A stretch of 59,796 nt of DNA, counting the filler, from Sphacelaria rigidula (lineage: Eukaryota): the NCBI GenBank assembly GCA_964200075.2. It is 4 parts of 4 records of this genome, joined end to end, with 100 filler letters (N's around TTAATTAATTAA, not from the genome) between each part and the next. Parts side by side here need not be neighbours in the genome. Positions count along the whole stretch, not along the records: positions 14,979 to 29,855 come from CAXNAA020002009.1; positions 29,956 to 44,826 come from CAXNAA020002010.1; 2 more parts are not named here. One strand, 5' to 3'. Below are positions 23,401-35,700 of this stretch, one piece after another. The notes under the pieces are model-generated. The model was not told the origin of the DNA. It saw only the letters and a program-made list of their open reading frames with translations, and ran no database searches. A program made the position numbers and the translations under genes. Position 1 is the first letter of the stretch. Each line of letters begins with the position of its first letter.

Positions 23401-26400
23401 CAAATTTGTACTTGGGAAGCTAAATATGCAAGCACATTCGAGTACAATGATATATGCGCATTTTCTTTCATGCTACACCGGTTTATTGGGACAGAGAATA
23501 ATACACACCCTGAACAATATATGATCAACAGTTGCCCACAATAGTTGCAATATGCCTATACGTTACGCAGTAGATTTTTTGCGTATTGCAACTTTTTTAA
23601 CCTTGTACGGAATATTTGTTTCCCGGGAAGTGAAAAATCCCATTCGGTTACCGGTAAGACAGAAGAGACGGGGTTGCCGAGTGGCGTACGAGTACCGTCC
23701 GTTTGATTCTTCCACGAATTTTACTCGCGTACAGTCGTACAAGTTGATGGTGCTAACCTTTTTGTTGTCCAGGGCTCTTGTGCTGCACGTGAAGATATGG
23801 ATGTATCGTGATATCCTGTGTATGCACGGGGAAGGCGTCGATCCGGGAACGTTCTTGTGGAACGGGTGTTCCATCATCGCGGGTCGTGGGCCATTTCGCC
23901 GCCGGAGTATCGTCATAATACATCCAAGCACCTCTCCTCAGTTACACCCACCCGTGTCCTCAACCACCATACACGGGAACGAACGTGTGGATATGTCATT
24001 GTCCACTGTTGGAATTGCGATCGGGTGCACTCCCTCGCGTTGTGCCTGAAGGTGCGATCATTGGTATCATCGCCATGTTCCGTCGACTCCACTGTTGAAT
24101 AATCGTCAATGTGTATTAACAATAAGGGTTGGGTCGACCCCCCCCCCCCCCCCCCCGCTTTTCTTCAAGTCCCGTTTTTAGAAAAGGAAAGAAAAATAAA
24201 TGCGCCGCCGCCTACACTCGCCATCATTAGCTTCATGAACTCTCGCGTTTTTTTTTTTTCATCTCATTTGAAGTGAATATCTCCCCTCCCCCGTCTCGAG
24301 AGGGATGCGTGGTCGATGGTCAAACGACTACGGCAAATTACAAATGAGGATCCCCTCCGGCGATTCGACAAGGCAAAAATTGGATCATGCATATACTGTA
24401 GATACCAGCTTTTCAGGACAAGCCCCTTACGGGTGACAACGGTCTGTTTCGTCATTTTCCTCTCATGTCTTCCTGTTCTGGTTCCAGGTGTTCATGGCGG
24501 TTCAGAAAGCGTACGATACGCTCACGGACGTGCAGAAACGCCGCGCTTACGACTCGTCTCTTTCCTTCGATGATTCCATTCCAGGTATGTAGACGCATAT
24601 TTACATACATCGTGTATTTTTTCCCCGGTGTTTTCAAGAAAATTCGAAAATTAGCAAGGGTCTACACCTTACACTCGTCACGTGTCACGTCCGAAGTCGT
24701 CAGAAGTTGTCAAAAGTCACAGCCAGGCTAATACAACCGTGGGGGACGGGGACCACGTGGGGACTTGGTTTTTGAACAGGGTTCCCCACGCGGTCCCCGT
24801 CCCCCACCGCAGTACTAGCCTGACTTGACTTTTGACGTGAAACGGGACACGACGTAACACGTAACAAGGGTCACGTGTAGACCCTTGCAAATTAGCTTTG
24901 CTTCGATTCATTCGCTGTATGATGCAGGCGAAGGAAGCACTTTGAAAATCAATTGGCTGTTGCACTTCAGAAGGACGCTAAAGCTCTTGTAGCACGAGTG
25001 CGCTGCTGCTGCTGCTTCTGCTGCTCCCAAAATGGTTTGGACGATGATCTATAGGCTGCGTATGGCAGTATAGCCAATTCGATGGTTACGTGAACAAGAA
25101 AGGAACCGCGGAAAAGAGAAAAAATCAGATCTCTCCTTAGATTGACTGTGGAATCTCCCGGAAGGGGGCAAAAAGGTGCTTCCGCGATTGGCCTCGTGAA
25201 CCGTAGCCCCGAAATTGATGGCAAACGTCATGTTGGCCCGCAAAGCTACGCGGTACATGCGTGCTGACAAAGGGAGGTTCGGGTTGGGGCGGTGCGCTGT
25301 GCGATTGGCCTGTGACTCTGGCTGTGACTGGCTTTGTCGACAGTTTGGGGGAATTTTTTCCGAATATGTGGGTCTATGCTAAGTTTTGTTCTTCGTGTGA
25401 ACGGTCTGGCTCAGGGAGGTGGGTCATCGTGAAGAGCTTGATGGACTCCACTCGCTTGACTTGACCCGCGCATCAGTGGCTAGTCTCGGAGGAGAGGTGT
25501 GGGTTTTCTTGTGTGGTGGACAAGTACGTCCATGTCGATCGCTACTTCTGTCGATCCATGTTATCCCCGAAGTAAGCTTTGTTTTCACTCAACGTGTCGG
25601 TCGTGGGCGCATGATAACCTTTACTGGCTTCACTTGTAGTTCGTGACTGGCGGGTAGCGAAAAATGTTTCCTGTTGGATCTTGAAAACGTGTAAGCTCCG
25701 CTGCTGGCTAATTGATGAGATGCACGCGCGTGTGGGTGTCGATGGTGCAGTCATATGATTTCTTTCCCCTTCCTCGTCTTATACTGCTTGATGTTTTGCT
25801 GTTGCTGTGTTTCTACGAGTGGTCCATCCTTCATTTGCCAAATTATTCAACTTGTGGATGTATTTTTTCACTCGTTCTTTGTTCTTCATTTCATTCTTCC
25901 CACTTTCATATTTCCTCAAGTAACGGAAAAATATCTTCATTAATGTACTTGTTCCATCATCTGTTGTTCTTCATTTCAAAAATCATTTTATATCTCCCGT
26001 GAACAATGAAAATCCAGATGATTTGGAGGGTAAGGACGCGACCGGGCCGAACAGCTTCTATAAGGTGTACCAGCCCGTGTTTGAGCGGAACAAGCGATTC
26101 GCGGTGATTCTGCCCGCGCCGAGTCTTGGAGAAGACGATACTCCTATTGATGAGGTGAGAGACACAAAATCTGTTGAGCGATTAGACACAGCAGAAGATC
26201 ATCCATAGACGAAGGATAACACCCCCCCCCCCCTTCTCCCCACGAAGGGTACCGATGATTGCCGTTTTGGTCCTCTCAGAGATGACGGTATCGTAATGAT
26301 GGCGAAAAAAATATTTTTCGTTGAAAGCATTCCGCTGAGATTTTGTGTTCATGTTTGCAACGATTCGATTGTTGGGTGTTTGCCCCTCAACCACGAACAA

Positions 26401-29400
26401 TCTGGAGTATTTTTGTTGTTATTGGGCTTTTGCTTCTTATGCGTTTTTTCTCTATTTTTACGCGCGTTTTTCCATTTTTTTTTATGTTCAAAAGCAAGCA
26501 TTACGCACCGATTGATGCATTTTGTGGTGAAATATGCTCGACTTATGCGTCTTTTTCGCGCCCTTCTTGAGGCGGTTCCTGGGGTGTTCCATTGTTTGAT
26601 GTGAAAATATGACACATTTATTTTTTCATCAGTTTCACATGAATATCAAGTAGCTTAGATACAGCACCAAAGCCGATATCAGACCCGCAACAAAGAGCAA
26701 GAAAGAAATACAAACAAAAACGCCACTACGCAACGAACCACGCCACATGGAGCACCCGTGGGCAGCTACTAGCTACTGGACATGGGGTACATGACCCCGT
26801 TGGAGTAATACATGCGCCAAGTTATGCGTAAAACTTGGGTATTTTGCCTTTGTTATGCTGAAATATCCAAAAGCATGTGTTCGCAGATGCTTATGCGCAA
26901 AGCCCCGTTTTATGCGAAATTATATGCGCGCATAAGAAGCAAAAGCCTAGCTTTTGTTGTTATAGTTGATGTCCTGTTGGAAGCAAACCGTATGCAAGAA
27001 TTGGCACCAGAAGGAGGTGCTTTTTTTGTGCATATGCATCAAATCAGGCGGACTGGTTCACGGTCACGAGACCCAGGTTTTTCGCATATTTTAACCGCAA
27101 GTGTGTTTATATGTGCAGCATAGTAGTTGATCACAACAGCGTCGCAAGCAGTCGCATTATTGGCTTATGACGGTAGGGAGGACTCACTGGAGAGACCACA
27201 TGACCCATGCTGTCGACGTCAAAGGTTCGATTGTCTTGTTCATTCTGCCGTGTGGGAAGAAGCTTTAGAGGGTAAAATTCATCAATGTGGAGAATGTGAA
27301 CAATGCAGGGAGGAACGGGACGTATTAAGGGGGGAAATGTGTGGAGTAGATGAAGGCGGAATGGAATCTTTTGGTGCAGTGGACAGTAGGGAGTAAACGA
27401 CGGCTACACAAGGAGATCTTTGGTGGCCACGAGCGTGAAACAGAAAGGAGATGAGGCATGTAAAATCTTGTTGTGTGATATATGAAGAGAGGGCATTGAG
27501 CGCCCAAATATTGGAGGCGTCTCGGTAACGAGTCGGAAAGGTGCTCGGTCTCAAAGGGGATGTGTAATCAATGGTCAATATGATTACAAAAGGCCAAGCA
27601 AGGAACGAGTACGCCCACCCTTGTGGACAGAACTCGAGGTATTGCGGAACGTTCTGTCGCGTGAGACATCGGCCACCTGTGCCTCTTTCTCTCTGTCCGT
27701 TTTTATACCCTGCTCGTTCATCGCGAGCGTGTTTTCATTTTTGGTGTTGTTCGGTTTCACTACATGGGCGCGTGTTTTTATATACATCCTGGACGAGAGA
27801 CGCGACGTATCGAGCCTACCGGCAAGCCCACAGGCTCGATATTTTTCTTCCAAGGGCAGGTCGAGTAGGGTACAAGCAATTGCGGGGTATTTTGAAAGAC
27901 GTACTTGAGGCATTCAAATTAGGGTACATTGTTAAGAGTCGTGCCCGAAAATATCTGGGAAGCGATCCCTGAAACCCTACCCCCAATTTGTGTACTTCAA
28001 GTACGACTTTCAGAAATACCCAGCAATTAAGTATACCCTACTCGACCTGCTCTTGGATACTTACACCTTGGATAGTATATGGTTAATAGTTGAAATAGAC
28101 GAGAAGTGTACTGCATAAAGTATGGGTCTATTGCGACTATTGTCGGCCGGCCATATTTTGGTCAGTATTCAAGGCGTATTCACGAACAAGCAGGGCGACT
28201 GTTTTTCTCCCTGCTCTGCAGTACGTGTGAAAATTGACTCCCGCGGAGATGCTCTTGCTCGCGTTTGTCGTATTCTTTCTTGAATCTAGATTTGTTGTAG
28301 GGAGCAATGTTCGTTTTTTTTTTTCGGATCTTAGATTTTATGGGGGGGTTATGAAGCACACACGGGGTTTGATTACTTTGACGAGATCACCTTCTCTCAG
28401 AAGCCATGCGGGTCAGCCTCGTATGTCATACTCCATTCTGCCTTTGTGTTTCCTCACTAATGTCTTCTCTTCCCCTCTTGATGTTTTTTGTTGCTTTCTT
28501 CTCTTTTCAGTCTACCTTCCGTATGTTTGTTGCACCTTCCTGTTTCCTCCACTGTCCTTTTTATCGGGTGAACCAGTTTTGTTTTTCACCTCGGGTAGGT
28601 CCATCATGTGGATAATGACTACAGATGGGATAATGTCACGACAATCAATCAAAACCAATAAATCAACCAACAAATGAAAAACGATGGCATTTTTTTCAAA
28701 ACTTTCACACGAGGGCTCTGCATGTACATGTGGATGTCATGCTCAATTATGTATACTGTATGTTGTCATGCTCCTCTGAGTGTTCGTTTTGTCTTCATTC
28801 GTACACATTCGGTACAAACGTGCAAAAATACCCCCCCCCCAAACAATGCTCCGCCTCGAAAGGATCCGTCGTCAATAGTCAAATAACTGAAGCACGCAAC
28901 AAATGAGTACAACCCCCCTCTTTCCCCCTACCGTGTTCGAGCCAGATCATTTCGTGTTGGGTGCGAAAAACTGAATTCCGCTCAAGGATGATTAACACTA
29001 CGTAATGTTGAGTGGTGAGACACCCACGAAGCGAGTGGAAGCCATGGCTGTCCATGACAGTGGCGATGTCAGAAAATGAAGCAACTGATTAAAGGCTGAC
29101 ATCCAAATGCAAGATCATCAAGTTTGCCTCGGGCCGGACAATCGTGGCAGGATGCAGCTCAGCCTTCATGCGACTCGCCAAACACGTTACGGCACTTGGC
29201 GCTTGGTGATTGAGTGCGAGCCTGTTCCAGCGAAAAGTTGTCGTGCTCCGTCCCGACTTTGTAGGAATGTAGGGATGCGAGGTCAACGGTCATCCGACTA
29301 CGGCATGCTAGATCATGAGTACCCCCCCACCCCATCCCACCCTCCCTACCCCCTGACGATTAGGTGAACAACTTTTATGAATATTGGGTAAATTTCGAGA

Positions 29401-29501
29401 GCTGGAGAGACTTCAGCCTGGCGGGAGAACACGACCTTGAAGACGCCCAGGACCGGTTCGAGAAGCGATGGATGATGAAGGAGAACGAACGCAAAGCAAA
29501 G
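20457..29501 (+). CDS. DNAJC2: DnaJ homolog subfamily C member 2 / zuotin (ZUO1, MPP11/ZRF1), 3'-partial (256 codons); exons 20457-20651, 23156-23356, 24488-24584, 26018-26154, 29364-29501
   Basis: GT-AG introns have consistent phases (0,0,1,0). The J-domain is THYEILG...LKQAYRKAVLKYHPDK...VFMAVQKAYDTLTDVQKRRAYDS. The zuotin-homology domain is FDDSIP...FYKVYQPVFERNKRFA...PSLGEDDTPIDEVNNFYEYWVNFESWRDFS...EKRWMMKENERKAK. The remaining exons lie beyond the contig end at 29855. Confidence 0.93.
24655..24887. mobile_element. hAT-like foldback MITE in DNAJC2 intron 3
   Basis: The TIR is CAAGGGTCTACAC...GTGTAGACCCTTG, with 8-bp flanks AAAATTAG/CAAATTAG (7/8 identical). The interior is also largely self-complementary, with a GC-rich stem at 24739-24807. 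Confidence 0.75.
26423..26949. mobile_element. MITE with TIRs (T(G/A)GGCTTTTGCTTCTTATGCG) and subterminal TTATGC repeats
   Basis: The left end TGGGCTTTTGCTTCTTATGCG is inverted to the right end CGCATAAGAAGCAAAAGCCTA. Confidence 0.65.
27270..27620 (+). mobile_element. Decayed 3' fragment of the C-tailed LINE family
   Basis: Homologous to 31700-32040 (GECEQCREERDVLRGEMCGVDEGGMESF); it ends in GAGTACGCCCACCC. Confidence 0.75.
27851..28055. mobile_element. Foldback MITE in DNAJC2 intron 4
   Basis: CAAGGGCAGGTCGAGTAGGGTA...TACCCTACTCGACCTGCTCTTG, with imperfect arms extending about 75 bp. Confidence 0.75.
29030..29350 (+). mobile_element. 3' fragment of a second non-LTR retroelement family (family B) ending in ATCATGAGTAC-(C-rich tail), directly upstream of DNAJC2 exon 5
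   Basis: Homologous to 32270-32554 and, reversed, to 10625-10760. Confidence 0.7.
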
Positions 29502-29855
29502 GTATCGGATGAGATATTGATTAATTTATTGATTGTCGCACTTTAACTGACCCCCCCCAGGCGTACAGCCATGGTCACATAATAGACGTACCTAAGAAAA
29601 GAAGAATTGAAACACTCACTCGCTGAAGAAAAGAAGAGACAGAAAAAAAAGTCGAACTTAACGACATCGTAGCCAAGACGTGAAACTGCTGCCGAGATAG
29701 CCCCCCCCCCCGACGGGCAAAAAAAAAGTGCACGGAGACGATGATCATGAATGGCGGTAGACCTGGTTTTGTACTGCACAACGCGACTCATCTGGGCGTT
29801 ATAGCTGATTTTGGACTGCTACACGCCTCTCATGTGGGCGAAATTGCTGCAAACG

Positions 29856-29955
29856 NNNNNNNNNNNNNNNNNNNNNNNNNNNNNNNNNNNNNNNNNNNNT
29901 TAATTAATTAANNNNNNNNNNNNNNNNNNNNNNNNNNNNNNNNNNNNNNNNNNNN
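29856..29955. other. Artificial contig-joining spacer N44-TTAATTAATTAA-N44
   Basis: Identical 100-nt spacer. Confidence 0.97.
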
Positions 29956-30005
29956 ATGGCATGCATGATCATGAGTACACCCCCCCCCCGCCCCCTTCTC
30001 CACCC

Positions 30006-32045
30006 TCGCTGGGCAGACGAAATAGTGAATGGATTTCTGAAGTACGGGGGAGAAGGAGTGCTTACCATGATGGTTATGCTGTATATAACTGGGTCTGAAA
30101 AATCGACTACACACCCAAGCGATGGAGAGAAGGAGTAGTAGCCAACCTCTTTAAGAAAGGAGGCAAGGCTGACCCAGGAAAAATATCGAGGAATAACGCT
30201 ACTGAGCACGGTAGGGAAAACATTCTGAAAGATTCTGAATGATATAGTAGGAACGATGCTAGAAAAAAAAATCAGCGAGAGGCAAGCAGGTATTAGACCA
30301 AACCGTAGTTGCGTGGACTATGTGTACACACTAGGTAAGATTATTCAAGGTAGAAAAGGCGCCGGGCTGACAACTTACTGTTTATTTCTGGACGTGCAAA
30401 AGGCTTATGACACAGTATGGAGAAATGGGCTGTGGAAATAGTTGTAGGAAACGGGGATTGGTGGGAAAATGTGGAGAATGGTGAAGAAGATGACAGAATG
30501 TGCCAAAAGTGCCATGATGCTAGACGGGGGAATATCGCAATATTTCGATATCTTACAAGAGGTTGCACAAGGATGTACTTTATCACCCACTTTGTTCAAG
30601 GTATTTGTCAATTACTTGATACTAGCAATAGAAGCAGCAGAGTAAGGGGTTTAGGTGGGTGGAGATATGGTATCAGGATTGATGTTCGCGGATGATTTTG
30701 TGAGGATTTCAGGAACAGTAGGAGGACTGCAGAAACAAATAGAAAAGGCTCTAGAATGCACTAGGAAATGGAGAATGACAGCGAACGTCAACAAATGCGC
30801 GGTACTCGTATGTGACGAAGATGAGAAAAATTCAGTAGAGTTCAAATGGAAGTGGGGAGAAGAGGAACTGCCGATCGTAGACCAGTATACACACCTTGTC
30901 GTGGAGATCTCAAGACCTTGTTCTTGGGATGCACACATGAACAAAGTACTAATAGGAAAAGGATAAGGCACAGGTAGGCAAGATGGACGCGATCTTCCGA
31001 GACTCGCACCTAGACACTAGGATGACCAGATGTATCCTCATGAACGTGATCGTATCAAAGCTGGAATATGCAGGAGAAGTATGGGAGGGGAACGTGAAGT
31101 TGGCGAAGAAGTTGGAAACAGAACAGATGTTAGCAGCTGAGATAATACTTGGATGCTCGAAAACGACGAGTAATACAGTTTTGAGAGCAGAGTTGGGAAT
31201 GTACTCATTTGAAACAAACAGAGACATGAGGAAATCGCGATGGCAGTATAGCTTGAAGAACATGCAGAGGAAAAAATTACCAGCTATTGTTGATAGAGCT
31301 GTATGGAAGAAATTACGAAAGGGCAAACGGGAAAAAGGTGAGATAGAAAAGTCGAGGAAGTATGAAAGGAGATAGGAGGAAACCAAGACGAAATACTATC
31401 CGTAGGTGAAGGCGCGGAGTACAAGACGAATTCAAGATACATTATAGAAATAAGGGGAAAAGGGGGCACTCAGACGCAAAGTAGACGAGGAAGAATACCC
31501 GAAGATATACGGGGTGGTTGAGAGACGGGATAGAGATGAAATCATATCTGCATGGCCCAATAGACGCGGCGAAAATATTTATACGGCGATTTCGGGTGGG
31601 GAGCCTGGACATTCCAAAAGGAGAAAGAGATTCACCCGTAGTCGAGTGGAGGAGGAAGTAGATGCACATCATTACACCTGTGGCAAAGCAATGGAGAGCA
31701 GAAGTCATCTAGTGGCAGAATGTGAACTACACAAGGAGAAACGGGATGTGCTAGAGGGGAAAATGTGGGGCGTGGACGACGGTGGCATATAATCGTTTTA
31801 TGCATTAGACAGTATCGAAAGAACAATGGCTTCGCTAGGGGATAGATGGTGGCCACACAAGGCGAAACAGGACGGGGATAAGATATGTAAAATGTTTTTG
31901 TGTAATGTATGGAAGAAACGGAATGAACACCCAAATATTGAAGGGGTCCCTATTAGGAGTAGGAACGGTGCTGCGTCTCGAAAGGGATGCGTGGTCGATG
32001 GTGAAACGACTAAGGTAAGCAATATACGAGTACGCCCCCCCCCCT
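30006..32045 (+). mobile_element. 5'-truncated, inactivated LINE (family A): reverse transcriptase plus C-terminal Cys/His region
   Basis: RT motifs are spread over broken frames: QAGIRPNRSCVDYVYTL, YCLFLDVQKAYDTVWRNGLW, VAQGCTLSPTLFKVFVN, LMFADDF and YTHLVVEI. The C-terminus contains TCGKAMESRSHLVAEC. There are several stops and frameshifts, and it ends in GAGTACG-(C)n. Confidence 0.92.
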
Positions 32046-32269
32046 TCCCCCCTCCCATCTCCCAATGACGCCGTAAAATACGTCACTCACTGCGTAAGCT
32101 AGGCAACCAGGTTACCGTTTTATTTTGCGTGCTTGCGTTTTTTTGCGGTAGCCATGATGATGGTCGAGCGAGATCACATTGTGCGGGGTGGGAGAACCCC
32201 ATTTCCGCACAAAGGGGATGATCATACTTCGTAGCGTTCAGATAGTGAGACGCCCAAGAGACAGTGTGT

Positions 32270-32645
32270 AAGCCGTGGCTGACTTTGGAAGTGGCGATAC
32301 CAAAAAATGCAGCAACTCATTGGAGGCTGTCATTCGAGTGCATGGTAATTAGTACGCTTGGGGCCGAACGATCTTATCAGGATGCAACTCACCCTTAATG
32401 CGACTCGCCGAACACACCACGGTGCTTCACGCTTGGTGATTGACGGCGAGCGTGGTCCGGCGAAAACCCGACGCGCTCCGTCCCAGCTTTTGTGGGAATG
32501 CGAGGTCAATGGTGTTATGACTGTGGCATGCGTGATCATGGGTACCCCCCCCCCGCTCCGTCTCGAAAGGGATGCGTGGTCAATGATCAAACGACGAAGG
32601 CAAGCAACAAATGAGTACGCCCCCCCCCCCCTCCCCCGCCTCCCT
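32270..32645 (+). mobile_element. Family B retroelement 3' fragment + C-run + family A LINE 3' fragment + C-run
   Basis: ...GATCATGGGTA(C)10-GCTCCGTCTCGAAAGGGATGCGTGGTCAATG...ACAAATGAGTACG(C)12. Confidence 0.75.
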
Positions 32646-32786
32646 CTCTCCCCCCGTTCCCAAGTATCGACGTTTAGTTGAATCGCGGTAAAGGTATTTG
32701 TCAAAGTTAGTCTGACTCTTCACTCACTGCCTTCCCAATCACCCCCTGTCGCTCTCTTGTACAAATAAATCCCGTAATGAGAAAAG

Positions 32787-35700
32787 GTCAAGTGTGTCAT
32801 AACCAGCAGCGCGGGGTGTACAAGCTGCCTGAGAAAGTGCGTGAGCTGTCTGTTCTCTATGAAGCTTACGCCCGGACCTGGAAGCGGAAGGCGGAAGAGA
32901 CTGGACGGAGGTCGGTTTGCACCCACTGTATTTCTTCGAAGGATGGATCGCGAAGAAATGTAGAGACTCTCGATAAATATCCAATTCCAACGTAACTCCA
33001 ATACTTTGGGGGTATAGGGTTTATCGAAGCTTAAAGGTGGGCACTTGATCGCGGGCATGGCGAACGACCGCCGTTGGCTGTTTGTCTGTGGTTTGGCCGG
33101 AGTGGTGGTTTATTGATGATGGCAAAGCATGTATAGCTCCTTCTCTATTTGATTTATAGGTGTTTCGTTTTTGTGAGGTAGCATCATTCGTTCAACGTCT
33201 GATACCTCACGAACAGACTTTCCAATTAGTGTGCAAGTGCTGTTGACAGTGTCCGGTTGCAGAGCGCGTCCAGTACAGCTGTCCATTTTCGTTGGTGCTC
33301 ACCTGCGCCCAAGCACTTACCGTCCTCGTTGAATTATTCAGATACTGTAATAAAGAAGCCGTTTGTTTAACACAAGGATGGAACTTTAAGCATAAGATCT
33401 AGACCGAAAACGTTCGCAGCAGCTTCTGTGTGCACCATTCGTGTCTACTGATGATTGGCTGCTCGACAACATCGATCAACACCTAAGCTGTGAGAGTGGA
33501 AATTGAATTCATGTGGCGCGAACTATTTTTTGATAAGACTGACTTGCGGATCGGGTTGGAATACATGGGCTAACTTCATCAGACGAGAATTGGTGAACGG
33601 AATGACAATTGTCTACCACCATGTCTGTTGTGCTGCAGCATCATGTACGTGAGCCTGACGCTAGCACCCCCGAATATTGTTCTCACATCAAGGTTACTAT
33701 GGTGTCCAATTCACAGACGCCGAACTTTGACGTACTGCGCGTTTGCTACGACTTGTGCCATGCTCGTGCTCTATTCAAAAACAGCTCAAACTCAGAACGT
33801 GTTTGTCGATGCTTGGGGTGCACCACGATACTCATCATGGGGCAACCTTCTGTGCGTTGCGTTTCATGATTCTAGTTATATGAGGCATGTATACCCGTAT
33901 GTATTGCCTGCAGTGTTACAATATCGTGCAACCCCGAGAAGGGGTAACAACATCTCAGATGAACGTCCACCTGGCATATCACATCCCACATGGATATTCG
34001 TCTGAATTATCAAGTCTAATGATGACATTTATGTTGGATATCAGATCCATTGCGAATATCCATCTGCCATACGAGTATCCCTCTGGGATATCCATCTGGA
34101 ATATAGACATCCGTCTGGACTAAGAACATCCTGGATGGATCTCCATCATGAGCACCCCAGATGGACATCCCAGATGGATACCCCAGACAGGTATCCACAT
34201 CTTAGATGGACGTTCACCGAATCATGGATGAAAACCCCAGATGTATTCGACATCCCAGACGGACATCCCGGATTTGATTGATTGATTGATTGTTGGCCAT
34301 AAACAGATCCCCAATGTACACAGCCATGGTCATTATCCATGAGGTAGACGCACCCGAGGTAAACACAATGGAGACGATCGCTAAAGAGGAAGAAAAATGG
34401 GGAAAATAGTAGAATACGCAACCGCAGCAAAAGCTGGCAAAACAAAATCAGAACAAAATCCAAAGGGAAGTAGAAACAAGCACAAAAGGGATTGGAAAGG
34501 AACGGACACGAGCAAGGAGAAAGCAATATATATATATACATATAGAAAATGAAATAAAACTAGGAATGGACGGCCTCTGGAATACTGGTTCAGGTGAAAA
34601 CGTTCCTGCGCAAAAATGCACATGCAGTCATACGCAGAAGGGAACAAGAAGGCCGCCGGAACAGATTGCGGTCTAGCCAATTCGCCCGTTTTATTCGGGT
34701 ATGAGCTCTCAAACATGAACCGTGCGGAGGCAAGGTACAAAATGGCTACTTGTACTTGCACTGGGAAGAACGAAACAGCGATATATCTATATGTATGTAT
34801 TCAGAGAGGAAGAAACAGTGCCGGGCAGAGTGAAACTCCTGAAGCCATGAAACCAAGGAGATGATAAAGCATGTACAAAAACACAACGAGGAAACACCGC
34901 AAGACCACGCGCCAAGACAAAAGGCAACACGCAATACGAGAACACAAGAGTACATCGGTGCCCGTGCTAGCCAAGCTTCCCCGCCCATCCCTGGTCGGGT
35001 GCAGATCAGGACACTCTCTCGACCATTTACATCCTGGGTTCCTCGCGAGCTGTTGCTATGGTTGTGTCAGCGATGTCGACTCTCCGATTCGCGGCTATCG
35101 ACGCAGCAGCCTCTCACCTGTGGTAGGGGTTTGATTGGCGTCTGTCTTCGCATCGCCACGCCTCCTCGACCTCTTTCACCCCTTTCTCGACCCCAAGATG
35201 CCATTTGCCCGTGTTCTTCGCCGTAACCATCCAACCGTGTGTGCCTTTGACCTCCACACCGTACACGAGGTATTTTTTCCGTGGCCCTTAGGGAGGGAGA
35301 GCCGTCAGTGCCCGTAGATTCTGCTGGACGTAAACTAGTCCCTCCTGTGTTGGGGAGGGAGCGACCAGTCTCCCTGGGTCCACGTGCGGCTAACTATTCA
35401 AACACGATGCGCTTTGAAGGACGTGTTTCGTCCTGCGGGACACGGTCCGCCGCAAACCGGAGTTGACGATCGCGGATGATCGTCTCGGACGTTACTATCC
35501 CAGATAATGTTTTAGATATATATATATATAAATATATGATACCCTAGATGGAGATCCTAGATGAGTATGATATTACCGATGAAAGTCGCACGGTGATGTA
35601 ACGCTCCCGTCGTGCCGACCTGGGTGATCCAACTGGTCCAATCGATACCTGCCAGAGCAGAAGAATGAGGGCCCGAATCCGGACAGATGTGGACTCTTCA

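Noticed and set aside
32777-32995. ORF-track peptide MRKGQVCHNQQ...
   Set aside because: It is the wrong frame. The alternative frame gives the Cys-cluster motif and the correct splice phase.
34616-34864. Possible extra exon of the zinc-cluster gene
   Set aside because: It lies within the antisense 3' UTR of an RTE-like element, and the flanking exons already join in phase without it.
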